Position numbers and translations under genes: made by a program
Notes under the pieces: generated by a model
The model's input: the letters and a program-made list of their open reading frames with translations, nothing else
The model's database searches: none
What the model was told of the DNA's origin: nothing
Part shown: one piece after another, positions 17,545 through 26,634 of the stretch
How positions within the stretch are numbered: position 1 is the first letter of the stretch
How the letters are laid out: the number at the start of each line of letters is the position of its first letter
Origin: Candidatus Eiseniibacteriota bacterium
Lineage (GTDB): Bacteria > Eisenbacteria > RBG-16-71-46
DNA length: 52,476 bases
Direction: 5' to 3'
Assembly: GCA_044222065.1 (NCBI GenBank)
Contig: JBGAOA010000028.1
Span: 1-52,476 of the forward strand

Positions 17545-18633
17545 TCAGGGCTCGCGCTGCAGCCAGCGCACCCGGACGCCCGGCATCACGGACAGCCCGG
17601 GCATGTTCCAGCTCTGCGCGCGCAACTCGCGGCCGTCGTACTCGAGCCACAGCGCGCCGACGTCGCGCCGATCGGCGAGGAACGCCTCGGCGCCGTCACG
17701 GCCGAGCACGAGCAGCGCGCGCGCGAGCGCCGCGGCGCGCGCGGCGCTCTTCGCGACCACGGTGACGGCCGCGCGGCTCGCGACGGGCGCGCCGTTTCGT
17801 GGGTCCACGAGCGGCCCGATCTCGGTGCGGTTCACGAGCGTCGTGCGGCCGTTCTGCGTGGCCGTGCACACCGCCGCCTCGCGCACGGCGATCGTCGCGA
17901 CGAAGCGCGAACGCTCCTCGGGATCGGCGATCTTCACGATCCACGCCGCGTCGCGGCCGAACGCGACCGCGTCGCCGTCCTGCTCGAGCAGCGCGCGCCG
18001 CACGGGGCGCGTGCGCAGGAACGCCGCGGCGCGGTCGAGCGCGAGCCCGCGACCGACGCCGTCGAAGTCGAGGCCCATGCGGTCGCGCTGGAATCGGATC
18101 GTCGAAGTACCCGGATCCACGAGCACGCGCCGCCAGCCGACGCGCGCGAGCGCCTCGTGCAGTTCGCCGGGCTCCGGTTCGCGCGCCGTGTCGCGCAGCC
18201 CCCACGCCCGCACGAGCGACTCCGACGTGGGGTCGTAGAGGCCGTCCGTCTCGCTCGCGAATCCGAGCGCGAGCGACGCGGCTTCGACGAGTTCGCGCGA
18301 GCAGCGCTCGCGCACCCCGCCGGCGCTCGCGTTCAGGCGCGCGACCTCGCCGGCGGGGTCCACGGCGGCGCGCCACCGGCGCGCGACGACGAGCGCCGTG
18401 TCGAGCGCGCGCCCGGCGTAAGACGTGTCGAATGCCTCGGCGACGAGCACGAGCGGCGTGCCCGAGACGTGGCCCTCGCGCGCGATCGTCTTCACGTCCT
18501 CGGGGCGCGGCAGCGCGGCGTCCTTCGATTTCTTCTTCTTCGCCGTCGCGCCGCCCGCGGCGCCGGCGAACACGAGCAGCGCGGCGAGCGCGACGAGCGG
18601 CAACGTGCGTGCGAGTCGGGTGAGCGCGTCCAT
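17545..18633 (-). CDS. ApbE-like FAD:protein FMN transferase homolog with degenerate motifs
   Basis: E...LN, ET.G.YDPT..L..AWG, G..LD..GV.RG, W.V.I.DP, DP.NG and VTVVA motifs. Confidence 0.7.
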   Translation of the reverse strand: MDALTRLARTLPLVALAALLVFAGAAGGATAKKKKSKDAALPRPEDVKTIAREGHVSGTPLVLVAEAFDTSYAGRALDTALVVARRWRAAVDPAGEVARLNASAGGVRERCSRELVEAASLALGFASETDGLYDPTSESLVRAWGLRDTAREPEPGELHEALARVGWRRVLVDPGTSTIRFQRDRMGLDFDGVGRGLALDRAAAFLRTRPVRRALLEQDGDAVAFGRDAAWIVKIADPEERSRFVATIAVREAAVCTATQNGRTTLVNRTEIGPLVDPRNGAPVASRAAVTVVAKSAARAAALARALLVLGRDGAEAFLADRRDVGALWLEYDGRELRAQSWNMPGLSVMPGVRVRWLQREP

Positions 18634-18687
18634 GCGCGCGGCAGTGAACGCGCGCCGGGGCCCGGCGTCAACCGCGGCGCCCGCCGC

Positions 18688-19233
18688 TCAGTGCGAGTGG
18701 ACGGAGTGCCGCGCGTGCTCGGCGGCGAGCAGGACGCGCCACCCGAGCAGCACGATCGCCTCGAGTTCGCCGACGCGGCGCGCGTAGTCGCCGATCGCGA
18801 CGCGATAGCGGGCCGCGCGCCAGCCGACGGGGGAGAACGTCACGATCGGCGTCTCCGATTCGGTCTCGATGCACCAGCGCGGATGCCACGCGCCGCGCGG
18901 ACGCCACACGAGCCGCTGCCCGGACGCGTTCGTGATCTCGCCCTTGCACCACCAGCCCGGCCGATGGGAGGCGGCGAGCCGGCCGTTCGCGTCGCGGATC
19001 TCGGCGTGCCCGCTCCACTTCATCGCGACGTTCCACTCGCCGGAGGGGCCGCGCGCGAGCGACTTCAGGCTCAGGAAGCCGCGGTCGCGGATCGAGCCGA
19101 GCGCGCGCTCGCCCGAGCGCCACTCCCACTCGCGGCGGAAGAAGCGCGGTCGCGACCAGGTCGACTCGGCCGTCGCCCACTCGGGCAGGGCGTCGTTCGC
19201 GAGGTCGCGATTCGTGAGGTCCAGCGGGGTCAT
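18688..19233 (-). CDS. Hypothetical protein (Trp-rich, beta-rich)
   Basis: Fills the gap in a minus-strand gene run, with a plausible RBS (AAGGA) and GC3-biased codons. No family recognised. Confidence 0.6.
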   Translation of the reverse strand: MTPLDLTNRDLANDALPEWATAESTWSRPRFFRREWEWRSGERALGSIRDRGFLSLKSLARGPSGEWNVAMKWSGHAEIRDANGRLAASHRPGWWCKGEITNASGQRLVWRPRGAWHPRWCIETESETPIVTFSPVGWRAARYRVAIGDYARRVGELEAIVLLGWRVLLAAEHARHSVHSH

Positions 19234-19258
19234 CGCGGAGTTCCTTCGTGCGCCGAGT

Positions 19259-19447
19259 TCAGGGCTTTCGTGACTTCGCGGGCGCGGCGCCGGCTTCGGG
19301 ACCGAGCCGGCCCGCGTCCTGGAGCGCGCGGCGGAGCAGGTACTCGATCTGCCCGTTCAGGCTGCGCAGATCGTCCGCGGCCCAGCGCTGCAGGGCCTCG
19401 AACGTCTGGGGATCGAGCCGCAGCAGGAAGGGCTTGCGCTCCGCCAC
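19259..19447 (-). CDS. Arc/ribbon-helix-helix small DNA-binding protein
   Basis: RK.FLLR.D......L..WA.D.LRS.NGQIE.LLR, typical of RHH proteins found downstream of SPFH genes. Confidence 0.85.
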   Translation of the reverse strand: MAERKPFLLRLDPQTFEALQRWAADDLRSLNGQIEYLLRRALQDAGRLGPEAGAAPAKSRKP

Positions 19448-19463
19448 GCGAGTCTCCGCGCTC

Positions 19464-20336
19464 CTAGTGGTACAGCGTGCCGGTGTTCACGACCGGCTGC
19501 GTGTGCCGGTCGCTGCACAGGACGACGAGCAGGTTGCTGACCATGGACGCCTTGCGCTCCTCGTCGAGCTGCACGACCTGCTTCTTCGACAGCTCGTCGA
19601 GCGCCATCTCGACCATGCCGACCGCGCCCTCGACGATCTTCGTGCGCGCGGCGACGATCGCGCTCGCCTGCTGGCGCTGCAGCATCGCGCTCGCGATCTC
19701 GGCGGCGTACGCGAGATGACTGATGCGCGCCTCGACCACTTCGACGCCCGCCCGCGTCAGGCGCTCCTGGATCTCGAGCTTGAGCTTCTCGGCCACTTCG
19801 CCGATGTGGCTGCGCAGCGAGTGCTCGCCCTCGACGTGCGCGTCGTAGGCGTAGCTGCTCGCGAGATTGCGCAGCGCCGACTCGCTCTGGACGGTCACGA
19901 AGTTCTCGTAGTTGTCCACGTGGAACAGCGCTTCGGCGGTCTCGACGACTCGCCACACGACGACGGCGGCGATCTCGATCGGATTGCCGTCGCGATCGTT
20001 CACCTTGAGCTTCGCACTCTCGAAGTTGCGGATGCGCAGCGACACGCGGCGCTTCACGGCGAACGGATTCACCCACCAGAAGCCGTTCTGCTTCACGGTG
20101 CCGACGTAGTCGCCGAACAGAACGACTGCCTGCGCCTCGTTCGGGTTCACGACCGTGAGCCCGATCGAACACAGGCTCGCGACGACGATGAGCAACACCC
20201 AGCCGAGCACGATCGGGACGGGCGCATCCTGGCGCGCGGACTGGATCACACCGTTCAGGCCGACGCCGAACAGCGCGAGGAAGACGACCAACATGAGCCC
20301 ACCGGGCAGTGCGGACGAACGCTTCTCCTGAATCAT
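19464..20336 (-). CDS. SPFH/Band 7 domain membrane protein
   Basis: Two TM helices, [31 protein letters not shown] and [20 protein letters not shown]. Confidence 0.92.
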   Translation of the reverse strand: MIQEKRSSALPGGLMLVVFLALFGVGLNGVIQSARQDAPVPIVLGWVLLIVVASLCSIGLTVVNPNEAQAVVLFGDYVGTVKQNGFWWVNPFAVKRRVSLRIRNFESAKLKVNDRDGNPIEIAAVVVWRVVETAEALFHVDNYENFVTVQSESALRNLASSYAYDAHVEGEHSLRSHIGEVAEKLKLEIQERLTRAGVEVVEARISHLAYAAEIASAMLQRQQASAIVAARTKIVEGAVGMVEMALDELSKKQVVQLDEERKASMVSNLLVVLCSDRHTQPVVNTGTLYH

Positions 20337-20352
20337 GGGACCTCCTCTGGGG

Positions 20353-20382
20353 TGACATCAGTATGATATCACCATGATTTCA
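20353..20382. promoter_or_regulatory. Three phased TGA(T/C)(A/T)TCA boxes, putative operator of the RHH protein
   Basis: TGACATCA at 20353, TGATATCA at 20364 and TGATTTCA at 20375, an exact 11-bp period immediately upstream of the SPFH RBS. Confidence 0.7.
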
Positions 20383-20481
20383 TACGTCCAGAGAAATCGG
20401 CGGGTTTCAAGGATTCTTGAGGGGCATTTCGGCAACGAACGCACCGTGGTGCGACGCCTTCGGTGAGGCGGAGTCCGGGCG

Positions 20482-21018
20482 TCAGCGCGTGCGGGCGCGG
20501 ATCGCCGCGGAGAACGCGGGGAACTCGCGTTCGAGCGCCTCGCGATCGCCCGTCTCGTAGTCGGACGGATCGAAGCCCGGGGCCATCGTCGTGCCGAGCA
20601 GCGCGAAGCGGCCGCCGGGCAAGAGCCGCGTGCCCTGCCACACGCCTCCGGGCACCACCACCTGCGGGCGCTCGCCCGCGAGGAGGTCGGCGCCGAGCGT
20701 CACCTTCTCGCCCGCGCCGCCGGGCGCGAGCAGCAGCATCTCGGCCGGATCCCCGGCATAGAAGTGGAAGACCTCGTCGCCCGTGAGCCGGTGCATCTCG
20801 GAGAACGTGCGCGCGGTGAGCAGGTAGTAGATCGCCGTCGAGAGCGAGCGCTCGCCGTGACGCTCGGTCGAGCGGTACGTCTCGACGAAGTACCCGCCTT
20901 CGCGCGGATGCGGCGCCAGGCCGAGCCGGCGGATCACCTCTTCGGCGCCGAGCGGCACGCGCCGCTCCGGAATCGGGAGCGGCGCGGCTTCGGCGTCCTT
21001 CGCGGGACGATCGGTCAC
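20482..21018 (-). CDS. Cupin (DUF985 / cupin_5) protein
   Basis: L.PHP.EGGYF.E, TAIYYLL, H....DE.FHFY.G, PQ.VVP.G.WQ and APGFD..D. The GTG start overlaps the DinB stop. Confidence 0.88.
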   Translation of the reverse strand: MTDRPAKDAEAAPLPIPERRVPLGAEEVIRRLGLAPHPREGGYFVETYRSTERHGERSLSTAIYYLLTARTFSEMHRLTGDEVFHFYAGDPAEMLLLAPGGAGEKVTLGADLLAGERPQVVVPGGVWQGTRLLPGGRFALLGTTMAPGFDPSDYETGDREALEREFPAFSAAIRARTR

Positions 21019-21527
21019 GCCTTCGCGGTCGCGCGCGGGCGGTAGGCCTCGGCGTTGTGCTCGAAGTCCCACATCATCGGCACTTCGCCGCCGAGCTGGC
21101 GGACGTAGCAGAACAACTGGCCGCGATGGTGGACGAGCTCGTCGTAGATGACGGTGAAGGCGAAGAAGCCCGGGAACGAGATGCCCCACGGCGTCTGGAC
21201 GATCGCCGCGAGCTGCGCGTCCGTGACGCCCTTCACCGCGCGATCGGCGGCGGCGAAGCAGTCGTTCGCGTAGCGCACGAGCTCGTCGCGCGTGCGGACC
21301 GAGTCGAGCGGCGGGTGCTCGGGATTCTCGATCCGCCCCGCCGGCACGCCCTCGGCGGTGGCGCGCATCACCGAGAACACGTGCATCACGACTTCCTTCG
21401 GCGTCCGCATGCCGCGGATCGGGCGGCTGTCGAGCTGGTCGGCCGGCAGCGCTTCGACCAGACGGACGGCGATGCCCGCGAGTACGCGGATGTGGTCCCA
21501 CATCGGAGCGAGATTCTGCGTCGTCAT
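21015..21527 (-). CDS. DinB/YfiT superfamily protein
   Basis: P....RT..E...H and HHRGQL..Y.R.LG motifs. RBS AGGAG. Confidence 0.85.
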   Translation of the reverse strand: MTTQNLAPMWDHIRVLAGIAVRLVEALPADQLDSRPIRGMRTPKEVVMHVFSVMRATAEGVPAGRIENPEHPPLDSVRTRDELVRYANDCFAAADRAVKGVTDAQLAAIVQTPWGISFPGFFAFTVIYDELVHHRGQLFCYVRQLGGEVPMMWDFEHNAEAYRPRATAKA

Positions 21528-21877
21528 CGAATTCTCCTGGGTCGGTGCGTCGTCGTTTCGCTCGGGGCCCGCGCTTCACGGGCCGGCTCGTCCGGAAGCT
21601 CCGGTCGCAGTGGCGAACGCGCGCATGGTGCCGAGGAGCGGCGATGCGTGGCAAGCGCGTCCGCCTCCGCACGATCTGCGGACTTCCGCGCCCGCGCGGA
21701 AGCGCCGCGGTCCCCGACCGCGCGCGCGAACGCATTGCGCGCGAACGGACTCGGGGGCGCCCGGGACCGTCCGCGCGCCGCGGCACGAGCCGTGAAGTGG
21801 GGACTCGTCACCGGCGACGTCGGCCGGACGAAAAACTCGAAACCACGGGCCCAGCGCCCAGCGCATAGGAGGAAGTC

Positions 21878-22117
21878 ATGTCGAACGTCCGCAAGCTCCA
21901 GCTCACCGCCCTCGCGGTCGCCCTCACGCTCAGCGCCCTGACCTCGGTCGATGCCTCCGCCGCCAAGCTCCAGGCCGCCCCCGCCAAGCGCGCGAACGTG
22001 GTGAGCGTGGTGAAGGCGAAGATCGCGAACTCCTTCGCCGCGATCCGCGAGACGCTGATGGGCGTCGACGACGGCTGGCCGGCCCCCGGGGCGCGCGTCG
22101 CGTCGAGCCGCAAGTAG
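21878..22117 (+). CDS. Small secreted protein (79 aa)
   Basis: Strong RBS AGGAGGA, signal peptide ending ASA-A, high-expression-like codons and its own terminator. Confidence 0.75.
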   Translation: MSNVRKLQLTALAVALTLSALTSVDASAAKLQAAPAKRANVVSVVKAKIANSFAAIRETLMGVDDGWPAPGARVASSRK

Positions 22118-22178
22118 CACCCGCGGGCCGCATCGCGGGCAGGGAGCCTCGCTAGCTGCGCGAACGCTCCCGGCGAGT

Positions 22179-22214
22179 GAAGAGGAGGTCTCCGGACCTC
22201 CTCTTCGCGTTTCT
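22179..22214 (+). terminator. Rho-independent terminator after the small secreted protein gene
   Basis: 12-bp stem GAAGAGGAGGTC-TCCG-GACCTCCTCTTC followed by GCGTTTCT. Confidence 0.65.
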
Positions 22215-22267
22215 GCGCGCCGCGTGCGGCCGTGGTCGGCGCGCGGCGTAGCGGCTAAAGTGCGCGC

Positions 22268-23515
22268 ATGAATCGCGAAGTCGTCGAGCTGGCCGCGCTG
22301 ACGTTCCAGGCGCTGTTCACGTTCCTGCTCGCCGCGGTGTACTGGGGCCTGTGGCTGCGCCAGCGCCGGGCGTACTTCGGCACGTGGGCGCTCGCGTGGG
22401 CGCTTTACGCGATTCGGCTGCTCTGCATCGAGGCGTACATCGTCCGGCGCTACGACGGCTGGCTGTTCCTGCACCAGGCCGTCACCGGGCTGAGCGCGCT
22501 GCTGCTGCTGCTCGCGGCGCTGCAGTTCTCGCGCGGCGTGCGCTGGCGCGCGCGCTACCTGTGGCTCGGCGTGCTCGCGATCGGCTGGGCGGCGGTCGCG
22601 ATCTTCGGCATTCACAGCATGGCCGTCGCCGGCGCGAGCGCGGTCGTGCTGCTGTCCGGCGTCACGCTGTGGACGGGCTACGTCTTCTGGCGCTATCGCC
22701 GGGTCGCGCGTTCGAACGGCGCGACGCTGCTCGCGCTGACGTTCACGCTGTGGGGGCTGCACCACCTCGACTACCCGCTGTTGCGCCCGCTCGGCACCGG
22801 CGTGCTGTGGGGCGTGTTCGCGGACGTGCTGCTCATCATGTCGGCGGCGGTCGGCACGATGTTCCTCGTGCTCCACGACGGCCGGCGGCAGCTCGAGATG
22901 CGCACGGCGCAGCTCGAGGAGCTGACGCGCATGCTGCTGCGCGCGCAGGAGGACGAGCGGCGCCGCATCGCGCGCGAGCTGCACGACGAGGCGGGCCAGA
23001 TCCTCACCGCGGTCAAGATCGAGCTCGACCTGGACGGCCGGAAGGAGGCGAGCGAGATGGTCGGCCGCGCGCTGCACCAGGTCCGCAACCTGAGCAACCT
23101 GCTCCGGCCGACCGCGCTCGACGACCTCGGGCTGCTGCCGGCGCTGCGCAGCCTCGTGGACGAGTTCGGCCAGCGCACGCGGCTCGCGATCGAACTCGAG
23201 GGCGCCGAGACGCTGCCCTCGCTCGCCTCCGACGTGCAGGTCGTGATCTACCGCGTCGTACAGGAGGGCCTGACGAACGTCGCGCGGCACGCGCGCGCCC
23301 GCAGCGCCTGGGTGCGCTTCCACGTGTCGGGCGGCCGCGTGCGCCTGACGATCGAGGACGACGGCCAGGGCCTCTCGGGCGACCTCGTGCCGCACCTCGG
23401 GCTCCTCGGCATGCGCGAACGCGTCACCGCGGTCGGCGGCACGCTGTCGGTCGCGAGCCGCCCGGGCGCCGGACTGCGCGTCGAGATCGAAGTGCCGGCG
23501 AAGGAGGCCGCGTGA
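22268..23515 (+). CDS. Multi-TM sensor histidine kinase (HisKA_3, NarX/UhpB type)
   Basis: About 7 TM helices, ERRRIARELHDEAGQ H-box, QEGLTNV.RHA N-box, EDDG.G and GLLGMRER. Confidence 0.92.
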   Translation: MNREVVELAALTFQALFTFLLAAVYWGLWLRQRRAYFGTWALAWALYAIRLLCIEAYIVRRYDGWLFLHQAVTGLSALLLLLAALQFSRGVRWRARYLWLGVLAIGWAAVAIFGIHSMAVAGASAVVLLSGVTLWTGYVFWRYRRVARSNGATLLALTFTLWGLHHLDYPLLRPLGTGVLWGVFADVLLIMSAAVGTMFLVLHDGRRQLEMRTAQLEELTRMLLRAQEDERRRIARELHDEAGQILTAVKIELDLDGRKEASEMVGRALHQVRNLSNLLRPTALDDLGLLPALRSLVDEFGQRTRLAIELEGAETLPSLASDVQVVIYRVVQEGLTNVARHARARSAWVRFHVSGGRVRLTIEDDGQGLSGDLVPHLGLLGMRERVTAVGGTLSVASRPGAGLRVEIEVPAKEAA

Positions 23516-24168
23516 CCTCGCACCGCCGCACGCGCGTGCTGCTCGCCGACGACCACGCGCTCGTGCGCGCCGGCCTGCGCCGCATCCTCGAGGCGCAGGA
23601 GGGCGTGACCGTCGTCGGCGAGGTGGACAACGGCGCCGCGGCGCTCGACGTGCTGCGCCGCCAGGGCGTGGACGTGCTCGTCCTGGACCTGAGCATGCCG
23701 GGCGTGGACGGCTTCGGCGTGCTCGCACGCGCGAAGCGGCTCGTGCCGGAACTGAAGATTCTCGTGCTCACGATGCACGCCGACGCCGAGTACGTTGCGC
23801 GCGCCGTGCGCGAGGGCGCCGACGGCTACCTGCTCAAGGACTCGGCCGTGACCGACCTCGTCGCCGGGATCGCGGCCGTGCGGGAGGGGCGCGCCTACTT
23901 CACGCCCCGCATCCAGCAGGAATTGTCGGAGATCCTGCGCGCGAAACCGGCCGAGCCGAGCCCCATGGAGCAGCTCACCGAGCGCGAGCGCGAGGTCCTC
24001 AAGCTCGTCGCCGAGGGGCTTTCGACCAAGGAAATCGCGTCCCGCCTCGACATCAGCACCCGGACCGTCGAGACCCACCGCGCGAACCTTATGCGCAAGC
24101 TCGATCTCCATTCGGTCGCCCGGCTGGTGCAGTTCGCGATCAAGGAAGGGCTCGTCGGACCTCCGTAG
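23512..24168 (+). CDS. NarL/FixJ-family response regulator
   Basis: LADDH..VR.G, LDLSMP, GYLLK and LTEREREVL...G.STKEIA...TVETHR. The GTG start overlaps the kinase stop. Confidence 0.93.
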   Translation: MTSHRRTRVLLADDHALVRAGLRRILEAQEGVTVVGEVDNGAAALDVLRRQGVDVLVLDLSMPGVDGFGVLARAKRLVPELKILVLTMHADAEYVARAVREGADGYLLKDSAVTDLVAGIAAVREGRAYFTPRIQQELSEILRAKPAEPSPMEQLTEREREVLKLVAEGLSTKEIASRLDISTRTVETHRANLMRKLDLHSVARLVQFAIKEGLVGPP

Positions 24169-24178
24169 TCCTACGGAG
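24161..24178. promoter_or_regulatory. 8-2-8 palindrome CTCCGTAG-TC-CTACGGAG, candidate response-regulator site
   Basis: Perfect inverted repeat spanning the regulator stop, about 115 nt upstream of the TonB receptor start. Confidence 0.45.
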
Positions 24179-24294
24179 CGGACTCTCCCCAACATTCCGA
24201 ATAGCGCGCCCACCCGTAAATGTCGATCCTGTCGACGGGTAGGTGGAGCGGCGCTCGACCCGATGCGAGCGCCACCTGGGAGGGGGAGAGGACG

Positions 24295-26631
24295 ATGATG
24301 ACCTCAGGCATTTCGAGCCGCGTCGTGGAGCCCACGATCACTCGCCGACGCGGCCACCTTCAGATCGATCACGTGAGCGCGGTGCTCGTTTCGGCGGGCG
24401 CCGCGCTCGCGCTGTTCGCCGCACCGCTCGCGGCGCAGTCTTCGGGCGATGCGCCGTCGAACGCGCCTGACTCGAGCACCGTGGCCCGCGCCGACTCGAC
24501 CGCGCCCGCGGCCGCCGACTCATCGGCCGCTCCCGCGAGCCCCGCGGCGCCGGCTCCCGCGCCGCGCGCCGAAGCGCCCGCACCGTCGCTGCCGCGCCTC
24601 GCGCCGAACGCCGCGCCGGCGGCGGGCCGCGCGCTCGGCGTCACCGACACGATCACGGTGCTGAAGCCGATCCAGGTGGACGCGAACCGCACGCTCGATG
24701 CTCAGCGCCAGACCGTCACGAGCGTGAAGCTCGACCGCTCGAAGATCGTCCGCTTCCTGCCGCAGACGGCCGGCGACGCGCTCACGAGCGTGCCGGGCGT
24801 CGACCTCGTCAAGACCGGTCCGTGGGCGTCGCGGCTCTCGGTGCGCGGCCTCTCGGGCGACCGCGTGCTCGTGCTCGTCGACGGCGTTCGCATGAACGGC
24901 GTGCGCGGCCACGGCGCGCAGAGCTCGCTCGTCGCGCTCGACCGGCTCGACGCGGTCGAATTGCAGCCGGGCGCCTCGAGCGCGCAGTTCGGATCCGACG
25001 CGCTCGGCGGCGTCGTGAACTTCGTGACGCACCGCTCGCTGTTCGGCGCGCGGCGCGCGACCGTGTCGCTGCAGTCGCGCGGCTCGCTGCCCGGCGACGG
25101 CTGGTCGCAGAGCGCGCGCGTGCGCTTCCTCGGCGAGCGGCTCGGCGCCGAGTTCGCGGGCAACCTCGGCGGCGTCCGCTACCTCGACACGCCGGACGGC
25201 CGCGTGAACAACAGCGGCAATCGCGAGCGCAACTGGTCGGCGCGCGCGGCGACGCAGCTCGGCGGCGCGGTGCTCGACTACGAACACGCGCGGAACGGCG
25301 CCTACGACATCGGCCTCCCGGCGTTCAGCGACGACAACGGCTCGCACGGCGTGTACCCCGTGCAGGGACGCGACGTGGACCGGCTCGAACTGACGCGGCC
25401 CGGCGCCGGCGTCGTGCCCGACTCGCGCGTGCTGGCGGTCTACCAGACGTCGAACACGCAGTTCACCGAGACGACCGTGTCGCCGTACCTCGTGCGGCGC
25501 CGCCAGGTCGGCACCGTGACGAGCGACGCGCGCGACGACGTGAACACCTACACGACGAGCGTGCAGCCCACGGTGCGCTGGTCGGGCCTGTCGAACCTCC
25601 GCGTCTCGAGCGACTACCGCGTGGAACGCACCGCGGGTCCGCGCGCGACGCGCACGACGGTCGCGATGTTCGACGGCAGCGTCGTGAGCGACGCGACGAC
25701 GCCCGGCGAGAGCATGCCGTCCGCGTGGCGCGAGGCGTGGTCCGCGAGCGCCTCGATCTCGCCGGTGTGGCGCGGCTTCCGCTTCGAGACCGGCGCGCGC
25801 TGGGACCGCCTGCGCTCGCACGCCGATTCGTCCTCGGTCAGCACGACGAACCGCCTCGACGTGGCGGACGAACGCACGAGCGTCGAGGCCGGATTCGCGC
25901 ACCCGTTCCGCGGCTGCGAGCCCTACGTCCACGCCTCGACCGGCTTCCGCGCCCCGAACCTCGAGGAGCGCTACTACCACGACGAGATCCACGGCGGCAT
26001 GACGGTGTTCGGGAACGCCGACCTGCACGCCGAGCGCGCGCGCAACTACGAGGCGGGCGTGAGGCTCAAGGACGTGTCGTTCATCCCGACGGCGCGCATC
26101 TCGGTGTACCGCTCGGACGTCGAGGACATGATCTCGATCCGCTACGTGGATCTGCTCTACGGCCGCCCGCGCTTCCAGTACGACAACGTGAAGCAGGCGC
26201 GCGTCGAGGGCGTCGAGACCCAGTTCAACTTCCAGTTCGGCGAATACGGCGTCGGCGTGAGCGGCACGCTGCCGCGCGCGAAGGACCGCGAGTCCGGCAA
26301 GCGCCTCACCGACGCCGGCACCGCGCGCGCGACGCTCGACTTCGTGCTGCCGGTGCGCCGCCTGCTGCCGCAGGGCTCGCTCGCGCTGCGCTGGCGCTGG
26401 AACGACGCTGTGACGGGTGAGGACAGCACGCTCGCGCGGCCGTCCTTCCACACGACGAACCTCGAGCTGTCGAGCATCTTCATGAACACGCGCGCAGCGT
26501 TCGCGATCCGCAACGTCTTCAACGAGGGCTACCGCGAGCCGCTGAGCTTCATCCCCGAGAGCGGCCGCACGTACGCCGTTTCGCTGCGTCGCGACTTCGA
26601 TCTGCCGACCCGCCTCGGCCGGAAGGACTGA
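24295..26631 (+). CDS. TonB-dependent outer-membrane receptor
   Basis: Plug motifs SVRGL...RVLVLVDG and PG..S..FGSDALGGVVN. Barrel motifs GFRAPNL.E.Y, GN.DL..E and IRNVFN..Y. Start ambiguous (24220/24295/24298). Confidence 0.9.
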   Translation: MMTSGISSRVVEPTITRRRGHLQIDHVSAVLVSAGAALALFAAPLAAQSSGDAPSNAPDSSTVARADSTAPAAADSSAAPASPAAPAPAPRAEAPAPSLPRLAPNAAPAAGRALGVTDTITVLKPIQVDANRTLDAQRQTVTSVKLDRSKIVRFLPQTAGDALTSVPGVDLVKTGPWASRLSVRGLSGDRVLVLVDGVRMNGVRGHGAQSSLVALDRLDAVELQPGASSAQFGSDALGGVVNFVTHRSLFGARRATVSLQSRGSLPGDGWSQSARVRFLGERLGAEFAGNLGGVRYLDTPDGRVNNSGNRERNWSARAATQLGGAVLDYEHARNGAYDIGLPAFSDDNGSHGVYPVQGRDVDRLELTRPGAGVVPDSRVLAVYQTSNTQFTETTVSPYLVRRRQVGTVTSDARDDVNTYTTSVQPTVRWSGLSNLRVSSDYRVERTAGPRATRTTVAMFDGSVVSDATTPGESMPSAWREAWSASASISPVWRGFRFETGARWDRLRSHADSSSVSTTNRLDVADERTSVEAGFAHPFRGCEPYVHASTGFRAPNLEERYYHDEIHGGMTVFGNADLHAERARNYEAGVRLKDVSFIPTARISVYRSDVEDMISIRYVDLLYGRPRFQYDNVKQARVEGVETQFNFQFGEYGVGVSGTLPRAKDRESGKRLTDAGTARATLDFVLPVRRLLPQGSLALRWRWNDAVTGEDSTLARPSFHTTNLELSSIFMNTRAAFAIRNVFNEGYREPLSFIPESGRTYAVSLRRDFDLPTRLGRKD

Positions 26632-26634
26632 GCC

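Noticed and set aside
19259..19447. Toxin-antitoxin antitoxin
   Set aside because: No recognisable toxin is adjacent. The context fits an SPFH-associated regulator.
21781..21797. Sigma-54 promoter upstream of the small peptide gene (CGGCACGAGCCGTGAA)
   Set aside because: The -12 element reads GA rather than GC, which is too weak to call.
21878..22117. RiPP precursor
   Set aside because: No modifying enzymes (radical SAM, YcaO, LanM, P450) or peptidase-transporter are nearby, and it has a normal Sec-type signal.
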